Origin: an uncultured Poribacteria bacterium
GTDB lineage: Bacteria > Poribacteria > WGA-4E > WGA-3G
DNA length: 64,000 bases
Reading direction: 5' to 3'
NCBI GenBank assembly: GCA_958296135.2
Contig: CATQHZ020000001.1
Location: forward strand, 800,001 to 864,000
Shown here: one piece after another, positions 27,922 through 37,875 of the stretch
Numbering within the stretch: position 1 is the first letter of the stretch
Layout: each line of letters begins with the position of its first letter
Made by a program: the position numbers and the translations under genes
The notes under the pieces: generated by a model
Database searches by the model: none
Told to the model about the DNA's origin: nothing
What the model saw: the letters and a program-made list of their open reading frames with translations, nothing else

Positions 27922-28506
27922 ATGACAAAAACAAGACGAAATCAACTGCTTGCGATCGTGCTCTTCGGGCTCGGACTTCTCTTTCTCTATCAAGGCGGAA
28001 CGTTGCTTAAAGGCATCGCGCTGGTGCTGCTGAGCGTCGCTGCCATTCTAGGCGGCACCGCGTTCTCGAACAAACGGCGGATTGAAATCCTCGCGGGACT
28101 CGGCTTGCTCGTCGGGGTAGTGTTCCTCTATTTTCCTGCATTGACATCCCTGCGCGGCTCGGCATTTCATCTCCTGTTTGCCAGCGCAATCGCGTTTGGC
28201 ATGACGACTTCAGCAAGGCGATTCGCGACCGTCGGGGCGGCACTCTGTGCAGTTACCGGCCTTGTGTTTCTCTATCAACCGTTCGTGCCGGGCCTTGGTA
28301 AAACCACTCTCCACCTATTGCTACCGGGGATAACTGTCTTCTCAATCGTCTCCGCGCAAACGACGTTGTGTGAACGCATTTCGATTGGGTTAATTGCCCT
28401 CGGATTGGTTTCACTGTGTCAACCGTTTCTAATGCTGTTTTATCAGACCGGCTTCCAGTTGTTGCTTGCCGGCTTAACGGGGTTTATTGTCGTTGCGCAC
28501 CGCTAA
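27922..28506 (+). CDS. Hypothetical membrane protein with internal helical-hairpin repeats
   Basis: About 8 short hydrophobic segments; repeated 'GL.FLY(Q)P...G..L.LL'. Confidence 0.75.
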   Translation: MTKTRRNQLLAIVLFGLGLLFLYQGGTLLKGIALVLLSVAAILGGTAFSNKRRIEILAGLGLLVGVVFLYFPALTSLRGSAFHLLFASAIAFGMTTSARRFATVGAALCAVTGLVFLYQPFVPGLGKTTLHLLLPGITVFSIVSAQTTLCERISIGLIALGLVSLCQPFLMLFYQTGFQLLLAGLTGFIVVAHR

Positions 28507-28618
28507 TGCCTGTCGGAGTTACGCAAATGCGATAGTGCCTCGTCTGGTAGGGGCTGTTTGTCACCGCGCATGTCCCCAAGAACGCGCTTGCAAAGCGTGC
28601 CTACGGAGTTTTGCTTCT

Positions 28619-29728
28619 ATGTCCTCAACTCCATCTCTCCGCGTTATCATCGTTGGCGCGGGTATCATCGGTGCCTCGCTTGCCTATTACCTATCACGTC
28701 GCTCGCGTATTACCGTGACGGTGCTGGAGCGCGACGTGCCGGGCACCGGCGCGTCCGGGCATTCTTTCGCCTGGGTGAACGCCTTCGGCAAAGACCCGGG
28801 GCACTACCACTCTCTCAATCGGCGTTCGCTGGATATGTGGTACCGGCTCGCGCATCAATTGGATACCGATATCGGCCTGCATGTCGGCGGCGAGATGCGG
28901 TGGGAGAATCAGCGTGAACCTGCCGAACGGTTGAAACAACGCATCCGACAACTCCAACATTGGGGATATCCGTGCCGGCTTATCTCGCGTGAGGAGATGA
29001 TGGCACTGGAACCGCACCTATCCCCCGGTGCGGTGCTGGCCGCCTCCTTTTCCGAGGCAGACCTGCATGTAGAAACGGACGCATTCATCAATGCCTGCCT
29101 CCGCCACGCGGTTGTGCATCCGCACACGACAGTCACAGGTTTTGTCAAGCACAACGGACGCATCACTGCCGTGAAAACAGCAGACGCTGAATTTCCGTGC
29201 GATGTCGCCGTTTTAGCGAGTGGCGTTCAGACTACCGAATTGGCCGCGCTTGCAACTGTCTCGATGCCACAGCAGCGGAGTCCGGGGATTGTGATTAAGA
29301 CAACGCCTTGCGCCGAGGTTCTCCACAACGTAGCCGTTCTTCACGCGCCGCCGGACGATGAAGGCTGTCAACATCTCCATCTACGGCAACTCGCCGATGG
29401 CAGCCTCAGGATTGGGCAAGGCACGCAGGAGGGGATAAACCGCGATGCTTCGCAACAGCATGCCGATGCGCTCCTCGCCCGCGCCAAAGTTTATTTGCCC
29501 GACATTGGGGACGCGGCAGCGATTCCTACGCCGGTAGGCTATCGTCCGATGCCGCTTGATGGATTCCCGGTGCTTGGGTTTACGTCAGCGGTGCCGAATC
29601 TGTATGTCGCCTTGATGCACAGCGGCGTAACGTTGGCACCTTTGGTAGGCGAAATGGCGGCGTTAGAGATTGCCGATGGCGCGCGGGTGGATTTGTTTGC
29701 GCCGTATCGGCCGGAAAGGTTTGTGTAA
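28619..29728 (+). CDS. FAD-dependent oxidoreductase (DAO/glycine oxidase family)
   Basis: 'VIIVGAGIIGASLA', 'GASGHSFAWVN', 'GYRPMPLDGFPVLG', 'HSGVTLAP'. Confidence 0.9.
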   Translation: MSSTPSLRVIIVGAGIIGASLAYYLSRRSRITVTVLERDVPGTGASGHSFAWVNAFGKDPGHYHSLNRRSLDMWYRLAHQLDTDIGLHVGGEMRWENQREPAERLKQRIRQLQHWGYPCRLISREEMMALEPHLSPGAVLAASFSEADLHVETDAFINACLRHAVVHPHTTVTGFVKHNGRITAVKTADAEFPCDVAVLASGVQTTELAALATVSMPQQRSPGIVIKTTPCAEVLHNVAVLHAPPDDEGCQHLHLRQLADGSLRIGQGTQEGINRDASQQHADALLARAKVYLPDIGDAAAIPTPVGYRPMPLDGFPVLGFTSAVPNLYVALMHSGVTLAPLVGEMAALEIADGARVDLFAPYRPERFV

Positions 29729-29841
29729 GCCCAGGTTTCTCTATCTGTCTGCTCGCTGTTGGTGGTGGAAAAGGTGGGCGGATATAGGAATCCGCCCTTA
29801 CAGTGCCTTGAAAACGGAATCGCGCTGCGTTAAAAAAAGAT

Positions 29842-29870
29842 TTGAATTTTCACGTGCAATTTGGTATAAT
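29842..29870 (+). promoter_or_regulatory. Sigma70-type promoter
   Basis: TTGAAT-17 nt-TATAAT with extended TG. Confidence 0.65.
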
Positions 29871-29900
29871 TATCTGCACATAACAGAGGAGAAGACTCCC

Positions 29901-30095
29901 ATGGAAATGACAATTACGCTAAACAAAGAGCAGACGCAACAATTAGAGCAGTTGGCAAAGCACTGCTCGGTTCATCCGCAAGAATTGGTGCGCGCTGCGA
30001 TTAACGATTTTCTCACGCGCCCTAATGAAAATTTCCTTCGTTCCGCGCATTATGTTGTGGAGAAAAACGAAGAGTTGTACAAACGGCTCAGCTAA
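29901..30095 (+). CDS. Small RHH-like DNA-binding protein / antitoxin of the type usually preceding Doc toxins
   Basis: GAGGAG RBS; 'MTITL..EQ..QLE.LA...V.PQELVRAAI.DFL', C-terminal 'YVVEKNEELYKRLS'. Confidence 0.7.
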   Translation: MEMTITLNKEQTQQLEQLAKHCSVHPQELVRAAINDFLTRPNENFLRSAHYVVEKNEELYKRLS

Positions 30096-30322
30096 GGGTT
30101 TACCTTTTCGTGCAGAAAAATAATAGGTTTGCCCCTTTTCGTGCAGAAACCCTCCGATTTTTCGATTTTGAGAGTGGCACATAAATTGCTTGAGAGACTC
30201 TCAAAGGGACGGATATAGAAATCCGCCCTTACCAATAAAGGCTCCGTAGGCGCGCTTTCAAAGCGCGCCTACCGGTAGTGTTATGGAATCTAAGGATTCA
30301 GATTTTTCGGAGGTTTGAAACA

Positions 30323-31981
30323 ATGCGTATCAAAAGATTTTCCGGGGCACTTGCGATTTCGTTGGTGCTTCACCTCGTTGTTGTGTTCGTAGCCGGGGTT
30401 TATTATTACGCGGACCGGAGCGTACAATTTCACGCTCAGGATTGGGTAGGTATTATTCATCTGCCTGAGCCGCCGAAGCCGATACTACGCGCTTGTCTAC
30501 CCCGCGCGGCTCACAGCGTTTCTGTGTTCAATGTTACCCATGCACCGCAAACAGGAGCGGAGTCAGGTTACCACTCGCAGGGATTGAACCCACCTAACGG
30601 CGCGCCCTTCCACGATGTCTTCTTTGAGCATCACGGCACCCATCCGTTTATTGACACGGAAGACGATGCCTTCTCGACATTTGCGATGGACGTGGATACC
30701 GCGTCCTATTCGGTGACGCGCCGCTTCCTGAAGGATGGCCACCTTCCGCCGCCGGAAGCAGTACGCGTGGAGGAGTTTGTCAACGCCTTTGATTACGATT
30801 ACACGCCGCCATCGGGAGAGGCATTTGCTGTCCATCTGGAGGGTGCGCCTTCCAAATTTGGCGAAGGCGAACGGCTAAAGTTGCTGCGCATCGGCATCCA
30901 GGGCCGCGTCATCGCAGACGAAGACCGGAAGGATGCAAACCTGACGTTCGTGATAGACGTTTCCGGCTCAATGTTTTATGAAAACCGGTTGGAGTTAGTG
31001 AAGCGCGCATTGACGCTCCTGCTTGAGCAACTCCGCCCTGGAGATGGGGTGGGCATCGTCGTTTACGGTTCTAACGCTCGAGTTGTGCTGCCGCATACCG
31101 GGATTCAGAACCGCGAACATATTCTCGCAGTCATCAACTCCCTCGTGCCAGATGGCGCGACGAACGCCGAAGAAGGGCTGCGGATGGGATACGAGCTCGC
31201 TCTCAAGAATGCTCGCGTGGGATGCATCAACCGCGTGATTCTGTGTTCCGATGGCGTTGCCAATGTCGGAGAAACAGGGGCTGAGGCGATTCTCAAAGAA
31301 AGTCGTACCTACGTTGACGAAGGAATCACCTTGACGACGGTAGGCGTTGGCATGGGCAATTACAACGATGTCCTGATGGAGCAACTCGCCAACAACGGCA
31401 ACGGCAGTTACGCCTACGTGGATACGCTCGCCGAGGCGAAGCGCGTCTTTGTGGAGAATCTGACTGGCACGTTGCAAGTCATCGCCAAAGATGCGAAGAT
31501 TCAAGTTGAATTCAACACGAAAGTGGTGAGTCGGTTTCGGCTGCTTGGTTATGAGAACCGCCGGCTGGCGCACGAGGACTTCCGCAATGACACGGTGGAT
31601 GCTGGCGAAGTTGGCTCGGGACACAGCGTCACCGCGCTTTATGAGGTGAAGCTTCACCCCGCGGCTATCGGCCGCCTTGCGACTGTCTTCATCCGACACG
31701 AAGACCCGGGGACAAACGAGGTAACGGAGGTGCAGCAGTCTATCGCCACGGCGGACTTGAGAGAAACGTTTGGCGCGGCATCTTCAGCGTTCCAATTGGC
31801 AGTGTCCGTGGCCGAGTTCGCCGAACTGTTGCGCGGGAGTTATTGGGCAGAAAAGGGGAGTTTCGCGGCGGTGAGAGAAACGCTTGCGAGCATCGGCCCG
31901 GCATCGCGCACGCAGCAGGAAGAAGAACTCATCGGGCTCGTGCGGGAGGCGATTCGGTTGAAAGTGAGGAAGGATGGATAA
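30323..31981 (+). CDS. YfbK-like VWA-domain protein with N-terminal membrane anchor
   Basis: 'STFAMDVDTASY', 'VRVEEFVNAFDY', MIDAS 'DVSGSM', 'NRVILCSDGVANVG', 'IAKDAKIQVEFN', 'GYENR'. Confidence 0.9.
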   Translation: MRIKRFSGALAISLVLHLVVVFVAGVYYYADRSVQFHAQDWVGIIHLPEPPKPILRACLPRAAHSVSVFNVTHAPQTGAESGYHSQGLNPPNGAPFHDVFFEHHGTHPFIDTEDDAFSTFAMDVDTASYSVTRRFLKDGHLPPPEAVRVEEFVNAFDYDYTPPSGEAFAVHLEGAPSKFGEGERLKLLRIGIQGRVIADEDRKDANLTFVIDVSGSMFYENRLELVKRALTLLLEQLRPGDGVGIVVYGSNARVVLPHTGIQNREHILAVINSLVPDGATNAEEGLRMGYELALKNARVGCINRVILCSDGVANVGETGAEAILKESRTYVDEGITLTTVGVGMGNYNDVLMEQLANNGNGSYAYVDTLAEAKRVFVENLTGTLQVIAKDAKIQVEFNTKVVSRFRLLGYENRRLAHEDFRNDTVDAGEVGSGHSVTALYEVKLHPAAIGRLATVFIRHEDPGTNEVTEVQQSIATADLRETFGAASSAFQLAVSVAEFAELLRGSYWAEKGSFAAVRETLASIGPASRTQQEEELIGLVREAIRLKVRKDG

Positions 31982-32010
31982 GTCCCGCGAACCTATTCCT
32001 CGCTATATTG

Positions 32011-32050
32011 AAACGCCCTTGGCCTTCGGGCTTCGGGCGTTTTTTGTTTT
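32011..32050 (+). terminator. Probable intrinsic terminator
   Basis: AAACGCCC..GCC-TTCG-GGC..GGGCGTTT followed by a T-run, 30 nt after the VWA gene stop. Confidence 0.65.
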
Positions 32051-32195
32051 CGTTGAAATCTCGCGAGGGGGGCGGTCAGCCTGCTTATGCGGTGCAACGC
32101 AGGCTGTCTTCCATGTAGGCGTAACGGCCCTCGCGCTACGGAAAAAGGACAGGGATTGAGAGTAAGTGGAAGTTTGCGAGGGACAGACCCTCGTG

Positions 32196-33578
32196 CTACG
32201 GGTGCCTGAGCTGCGTCTCAACGAGCCGCTCTAAAATTTGCAGGCGCAGCTCCGTTTCCACATCCGCGACTTCAGGGCGGCCGGCGAGGTTCTGTATCTC
32301 ATCAGGCTCGTTTTGCACGTCAAACAAGAGATACGCCTCGCCGTTTGCATTGAGAGCGATTTTCCACTGCCGATTTAGCAGCATGATTTCGCCTTCGATT
32401 TCAGATATGGCGAAATCTCGGTGCGTTGTCTCTGGTTGCGCTAAAACGGCGCATAGCGATTTTCCGAATTGGCGATGCTTCAACTCGCCGCCTGCGAGTT
32501 CAACGAGCGTTGGGCCGATATCAAGCCATTCCACTGGGCTGTCGCAGACAACAGGAGTCGTTCGCCTAGCTGCGAGAGCCTTGGGAGTGCGGACTAACAG
32601 CGGGATGCGCACCGCGCCGTTGAGGAAGTTGCTCTTGTAAATCAGGCCGTAGTCGCCGTTCATCTCACCGTGGTCGGAACAGTGGACGATGATGGTGTTT
32701 TCTAGTTCGCCGCGCGCCTGAATTACGTCAAGGATTTCGCCGATCTGTGCATCGATGAGGGTGACGTTGCCGGCGTAATTGGCGCGCAGTCTTCCGATTT
32801 CGCCTTCCTCAAATGTCGGATTGACTTGCTCCATGAGCCGGTCCAGATGGCCGCGCGGGCGTTCACCTGCAGGCGGCCGCGGAATTGCCGGTGGCATCTC
32901 CTCTGGTGCGTACATGCTGGCATAGGGTTCCGGCGTATCCCACGGTTCGTGAGGGCCACCGAAGCTCACCCAGCAGCACCACGGTTCCGGTCTGTCATAC
33001 CGTTTGAGATATTGCTTCGCCTTTTGTCCGACGTAGACATCGGCATAGTCTTCTAACGGTAGCACGGAGGAGCGAACGACGTGCGGTTTATTGCTGAAGC
33101 GTTCGCGATAATCGGCGCGGTAGGCATTCCATAAACCTTTGGTTTGCCACGCCGCTGTCATGTGTGAGAGGACATTCGCGCTTGCCCGCGGCCCACCGAT
33201 TTCGTCTACATCGTCCAAGCCGTAGGCGTTCATTAAGTCTTCGCGTTCGCGCAGATCTCCGCTGTGCGGATGCAAATGCGTTTTGCCGAAAAGACTGGTG
33301 CGGTAGCCTGCCTCTCGCACCGCCTGCATCCACGTTGGGGTTTCTGCTGGCATCTGGTGGTGCATGTTATTCCAAACGCCGGTATTATGCGGGTATAACC
33401 CTGTCGCCAGGCTGAGCCGTGTCGGAATGCAAACAGGCGAGGTGGTGACGCAATTCGTGAACTGCACGCCTTCGCTTGCAATCCGGTCTAAGTTCGGGGT
33501 TTGCGCCCAGTCGCCGCTGCATCCCATCGCATCCCACCGCTGCTGGTCTGTCATGAGGAGGAGAATGTTCGGTTTCAT
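32196..33578 (-). CDS. Cys-type sulfatase
   Basis: 'PNILLLMTDQQR', 'CIPTRLSLATG' (CxPxR), 'GKTH', 'PHEP', 'SDHGE'. Confidence 0.93.
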   Translation of the reverse strand: MKPNILLLMTDQQRWDAMGCSGDWAQTPNLDRIASEGVQFTNCVTTSPVCIPTRLSLATGLYPHNTGVWNNMHHQMPAETPTWMQAVREAGYRTSLFGKTHLHPHSGDLREREDLMNAYGLDDVDEIGGPRASANVLSHMTAAWQTKGLWNAYRADYRERFSNKPHVVRSSVLPLEDYADVYVGQKAKQYLKRYDRPEPWCCWVSFGGPHEPWDTPEPYASMYAPEEMPPAIPRPPAGERPRGHLDRLMEQVNPTFEEGEIGRLRANYAGNVTLIDAQIGEILDVIQARGELENTIIVHCSDHGEMNGDYGLIYKSNFLNGAVRIPLLVRTPKALAARRTTPVVCDSPVEWLDIGPTLVELAGGELKHRQFGKSLCAVLAQPETTHRDFAISEIEGEIMLLNRQWKIALNANGEAYLLFDVQNEPDEIQNLAGRPEVADVETELRLQILERLVETQLRHP

Positions 33579-33580
33579 CG

Positions 33581-34423
33581 CTAGGTTCTCTCAATTCCGG
33601 CTTCGGTGAAGGCGCGGGATAAGGTCCCATAAGCCAGCGTCGCCGCGGCGAGCGGTTCATAGTTTTCGCGAGCCTGCACCATGAAACTGACTTCGGCTGT
33701 GATAAACCCGTTGTAGCCGTGCGCCTGCATCGCTTTAAGGTAGCCGACGTAATCGAACGTGCCTTCGCCGGGGATGAGGAATTCAAAGTCGGGTGCGATG
33801 CCACGCTGGTCCTTCACGTGCGTGTGTGCGGATACTGCCGCTAATGCGGCGACAGTCTCTTCCGTTGGCATGCCGACGATGTCAAAGTGGCTGATATCAA
33901 AATTCACCTTGAGATAGGGCGAATTGACTATCTCCAAGAGTTCCAGCACTTTATCCGGCGTGTCAATGATTGCGCCGATGTGTGGTTCCATGGCGATGGT
34001 TACGCTGCGTTCCGCGGCATAGTCCACGAGTTCTCCTATCCGTTCGGCGAGGAAGTTTTTCTGGGTGTCCCACTGTTCTGGTTTTCCGCCGGGTGTCGTA
34101 TTGACAGCGGGGAGTTCGTCGCCTTGCGCGAGTTCGACAGCTAAGTCAACGCCGCCCTTTAACCGCCACATATTCTGCGCGTGTGCGTCTGTGTCCGTTT
34201 CGAGCAGGCTGGAATGCGCGGCGATTGCTGGTAGTGCCAAGTTGTGCTGTTTTAGCATGGCGGCGATGCGCTTCCGTTCGGCGGTATCCAGGGTGCTGAG
34301 TTCTGTCGTGAACCGCGGGATGATGGTTAATTCAATGCCATCGTATCCGAGTTGTGCGATGTGGTGGATGGCGGTGTCTACTGGGACTGTGGGCATCCCC
34401 CACGTGCTATATCCGAGTTTCAT
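33581..34423 (-). CDS. Sugar phosphate isomerase/epimerase (xylose isomerase-like TIM barrel)
   Basis: 'GYDGIEL', 'AMEPH', 'NFDISH', 'HTHVKD', 'PGEG', 'TAEVS'. Confidence 0.9.
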   Translation of the reverse strand: MKLGYSTWGMPTVPVDTAIHHIAQLGYDGIELTIIPRFTTELSTLDTAERKRIAAMLKQHNLALPAIAAHSSLLETDTDAHAQNMWRLKGGVDLAVELAQGDELPAVNTTPGGKPEQWDTQKNFLAERIGELVDYAAERSVTIAMEPHIGAIIDTPDKVLELLEIVNSPYLKVNFDISHFDIVGMPTEETVAALAAVSAHTHVKDQRGIAPDFEFLIPGEGTFDYVGYLKAMQAHGYNGFITAEVSFMVQARENYEPLAAATLAYGTLSRAFTEAGIERT

Positions 34424-34470
34424 GTGGTTTTCTCCTTGCTCTCAACAATAAACGGAATTTTATGGGTTCA

Positions 34471-34647
34471 TCAGCGGATTTGATAACCGCCAGGCCAGCC
34501 AGTAGGTATCCAGTCCGCTTCTAGTTCCGTGTTCAGGGCACTGGCAAGCAATGCGAGGTTTTCCGCTAGCCATGGTGTGAAATCCCATGCTTCGTGTGGC
34601 CAGATTTTGCGGGGCTTAACTCTCTGTTTTCTTGAAGAGTGCAACAT
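34471..34647 (-). pseudogene. Truncated N-terminal fragment of a DUF4268/NucS-like endonuclease gene
   Basis: 'RVKPRKIWPHEAWDFTPWLAENLALLASAL..ELE' followed by an early stop. Confidence 0.65.
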
Positions 34648-34661
34648 CAGTTGTGAGTCTC

Positions 34662-35735
34662 CTATGATTCGCCCAGGTCTTCCAGCCAAGATTCAACATA
34701 ATCTTGGTGCGTCTTATCGCCTGCTGCGCGGGCGAGTTTGAGGGCGATTTCAAGGGCTGCTCTTGCTTCAGCATCGCGGTTTTTGCGAATTTTCTCAAGA
34801 GCCCTTTCGGTGTACGGATGCGCGGCTTCTGGATCGGCACGAATGGCTGCTTCAAAGTCTGCGAGAGCGGCTTCACGCTGTCCCAACGAGTCTTTGAGTT
34901 GTCCCCGATTGGTGTAACTCGCGGCGCACCCCGGGCTCAGCCGAATTGCCGCATCGTAGTCAGACAGTGCTGATTGACGTTGACCGAGGAAGGACTTGGC
35001 ATAAGCCCGATTGTGATAGACCTCGGCTAAGCGGAGCCGCAAGTCTGCTAAAACCCCTTTAGCGGGGTAATGTTTATAGGCAGCTCTAGTGTCAGTTGGC
35101 ACATCTGGCATGATACGTATTGCTTCGTCCAAGTCTGCGAGGGCGTGTTTATAGTTTCCGATGTTACTGTGCACGATGCCGCGACAGGCGTATGCCTCGG
35201 CGCACTGCGGTTCTAGCCGAAGGGCCGCCTCAAAATCGGCGAGAGCGGCTTCGTGCTGGCCGAGGCAGCACTGCGCCATGCCTCGCGCCGTATATGCTGC
35301 GGCGTTCTCAGGTTCGAGGCAGCGGGCTTTCTCTATATCCAGGAGAGCTGTCTCATAGTGGCCACAGGCGAGGTGTGCCTTGCCTCGGTTGAGATAAGCC
35401 TTCGCGTGCTTTGGTGCTGCCCGGATGACGTTGTCGTAAGCGGCGATAGCTTCCTTGTAATAGCGTGCTGCGGGTGCCGTGCTTCTATCCTGTGCTTGCT
35501 CTGCGAGCAATGTCCCGGCTTGGAGCCATGCGTGCGCGGCGAGGGAATCGTCGGTGTCTTCCACGATGTTTGCAATGGCGCGCCACTTTTCAATTGCGTT
35601 CGCCGGTTTGCCGGCGTGCTGGAGTGCTTCAGCATCGGCGATGGCTTTGTCAATCAAGTGAATCGCCGGGGGAATTTGATATGCTGGCACGGCTTCCTTG
35701 ATGGTTTGCGTGCGCTGTTCGGGTTTTTTTGCCAT
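34662..35735 (-). CDS. Tetratricopeptide repeat protein
   Basis: Repeated 'AY.NRG......G.YE.AL.D...A.RL.P'. Confidence 0.9.
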   Translation of the reverse strand: MAKKPEQRTQTIKEAVPAYQIPPAIHLIDKAIADAEALQHAGKPANAIEKWRAIANIVEDTDDSLAAHAWLQAGTLLAEQAQDRSTAPAARYYKEAIAAYDNVIRAAPKHAKAYLNRGKAHLACGHYETALLDIEKARCLEPENAAAYTARGMAQCCLGQHEAALADFEAALRLEPQCAEAYACRGIVHSNIGNYKHALADLDEAIRIMPDVPTDTRAAYKHYPAKGVLADLRLRLAEVYHNRAYAKSFLGQRQSALSDYDAAIRLSPGCAASYTNRGQLKDSLGQREAALADFEAAIRADPEAAHPYTERALEKIRKNRDAEARAALEIALKLARAAGDKTHQDYVESWLEDLGES

Positions 35736-35745
35736 GGTGTGCCTC

Positions 35746-36393
35746 TCAGAAAATTGTTCCTAGCCAATCGTTGATGAGGAAATTGACACGCTGAATTAAC
35801 AGAGCCACACGTCCCATCACCGTGTTGCCAAACGCGGAACCGAATCCAATCATCAAAAAAGCGATGCCAATTTTGGAGAGCCAGCCGACGGTGCCTCGAT
35901 GCTCCACCGAGAAGAAGAAGTAGGTGAGCGTGCAAATCACGCCGATAACCATGAGGGCTGCCTCGAAAATCCCCCAGGGCCCTAGCGTTCCTAGATTTGC
36001 GAAGGGCTCGACTGTTCCACGTGTTTGCTCAAAGATACTCGCCTGCAAGGCAGATGGAATGAAGAGCCCTGAATTAAATCCGATTAGGATAGCGATAGGA
36101 TACCGGATTAGCCAGGTGTGTCGCGGTGACAAGCGGGCAAAGAACAACAGGCCGAGTGCAATCGGAATCAGTTTTACTAACCCGCTTTGTTTTCCCTCTT
36201 CTGTGATAGCTGTGTAGATAGGATCCCATGCGAGGGGTATAAATCCTGAATGGATATTAAGGACGATTCCATATCCAACCGACATGCCTAAGAAGAGATG
36301 CTCGGCAAACCGATAGAACGGGTTATCTCGGTAAAGGAAGCTATAAATGCAGAGTGTGAGGAACGCTGCGATCCAAATGCCAAAAATTCCCAT
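35746..36393 (-). CDS. Conserved-type membrane protein (gene D of four-gene module)
   Basis: About 6 TM; 'SFLYRDNPFYRFAEHLFLG', 'YFFFS', 'GFGSAFGNTVMGR'. Confidence 0.85.
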   Translation of the reverse strand: MGIFGIWIAAFLTLCIYSFLYRDNPFYRFAEHLFLGMSVGYGIVLNIHSGFIPLAWDPIYTAITEEGKQSGLVKLIPIALGLLFFARLSPRHTWLIRYPIAILIGFNSGLFIPSALQASIFEQTRGTVEPFANLGTLGPWGIFEAALMVIGVICTLTYFFFSVEHRGTVGWLSKIGIAFLMIGFGSAFGNTVMGRVALLIQRVNFLINDWLGTIF

Positions 36394-36397
36394 GAAT

Positions 36398-37213
36398 TTA
36401 CTCCTCTCGTCGTTGCTGAATAAAGAAAGCGATATTGCCGAGAACCACCAGGCCGACAATCAACAGATGCACAAAAGATTCGGTGTTTATTCCGGCGGTT
36501 CCTTCTGCTGATGTCTCAATGAGTTTTTCATAGCCTGCCGCACCCAAGAACCCCGGCATTAATCCCACAAGTTGTCCGGTCTGTAGGTAAGGATACATCT
36601 GTGAAACGATAACGCCCGTGACACCTGCGCCGATTTGCAAACCGTATTTCGTGTTCGCGTAGGTAATCCATGCCTCTACCGTACTGCTAGCCGCGAGGTC
36701 CAGCAGCAGGGAGATCTGCTCATAGTTTGTGATATTCTCCATCATCGGTATTTCGGCGAGCGGGTTTCCGGCATAATCGCTGTCAAAGATGCTCGCGATT
36801 TCGGTTCCCATACCGATGATGACTTGTAACGCCCCCGGGCGATAGCCCAAAAAGACATAATCTTCGCCATCGACTGCCCCTTTTTCCTTAGCGACTTTCT
36901 GCATCAGTTTATCTGCCAAGGTTGTTGTCTCAGCAAAAAGGTTAATGCCGATGACGCGCACCTTTTTATCAAAACAGTGCTTCATCACAGCCTCTGCCAT
37001 CGGCTGCGGCTCTGCGAAAGAGGAGGGCCCATAATCAAAGGCGATTATGATGGTTGCCCCGGTGGGAAGCGCGTCAATGTAATCGTAAAGTTGCCGTGTC
37101 GGTTCAGGGACGTTGATTGGCAAGTTTGACGGGAACAACGTTGGAACGATGACAGCGAGCCCGACGAAAATAAAGATAATCCGCCTGTCAATCCTCATCA
37201 GTTTTTCAAACAT
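36398..37213 (-). CDS. Membrane protein with extracytoplasmic alpha/beta domain (gene C of module)
   Basis: 'IDRRIIF', 'FDYGPSS.AE.QPM', 'GEDYVFLGYRPG', 'PYLQTGQLVG', 'GAAGYE'. Confidence 0.85.
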   Translation of the reverse strand: MFEKLMRIDRRIIFIFVGLAVIVPTLFPSNLPINVPEPTRQLYDYIDALPTGATIIIAFDYGPSSFAEPQPMAEAVMKHCFDKKVRVIGINLFAETTTLADKLMQKVAKEKGAVDGEDYVFLGYRPGALQVIIGMGTEIASIFDSDYAGNPLAEIPMMENITNYEQISLLLDLAASSTVEAWITYANTKYGLQIGAGVTGVIVSQMYPYLQTGQLVGLMPGFLGAAGYEKLIETSAEGTAGINTESFVHLLIVGLVVLGNIAFFIQQRREE

Positions 37214-37216
37214 TGT

Positions 37217-37867
37217 CTAATCTCCTCCGCCTAGGTAAGAGCGTTCGATTCCGAGGATAATCCGAATGGATTGTGAAATTGCGCCGAGGCTGACACCGAG
37301 GATAACCCCACGTCTTGAAGACAGGTTTGGGTTATCCAAAATCCATTGGCTAGCGTTTGAGGTAGCGTTGTCCCAAGGTGTCCAAGCCATCACTGTGTTC
37401 CAGAGGAAGTCACCGATAGGGACATTGCCCATCATCACAATCAGCGCGCTAATGAGGAGCAGTGTCGCCTCAAACGTACGGGCTCGAAACGCGCGGTATG
37501 CCGCCGATGCGATAAAGAAGGCGAGGAGCGAAAAAACCGTCGCGTCCATTGGCACTTGGACGTTCTCGTATAACCACTCAAACACGCGATTTTTCGGTCC
37601 GCTGCGAATACCAAATGCTACCATGGTGATGAGCCCTGCGAAGACAACAATGCTGTATTGCCAATGGGTTGTCCGGCGGCGGATCCGGACCCAGTGCGTT
37701 TGGATGAGCGTTGCCACCGCTAGCACCAACGCAAAAGGCGTAATAATATGCGTCCAATTGGTAACTTCGTTGTGAATGCCCTGTGAAAAGGTGTGTGGGC
37801 TAAACTGCGTGAAGATCATCGCAATCCCAAAAACGAAACAGAGCACTAAGGGGACTTGTCGTTTCAT
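37217..37867 (-). CDS. Membrane protein (gene B of module)
   Basis: About 6 TM; 'ATVFSLLAFFIASAAYRAFRAR', 'RRGVILG', 'RIILGIERSYLG'. Confidence 0.85.
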   Translation of the reverse strand: MKRQVPLVLCFVFGIAMIFTQFSPHTFSQGIHNEVTNWTHIITPFALVLAVATLIQTHWVRIRRRTTHWQYSIVVFAGLITMVAFGIRSGPKNRVFEWLYENVQVPMDATVFSLLAFFIASAAYRAFRARTFEATLLLISALIVMMGNVPIGDFLWNTVMAWTPWDNATSNASQWILDNPNLSSRRGVILGVSLGAISQSIRIILGIERSYLGGGD

Positions 37868-37875
37868 AACACCTC

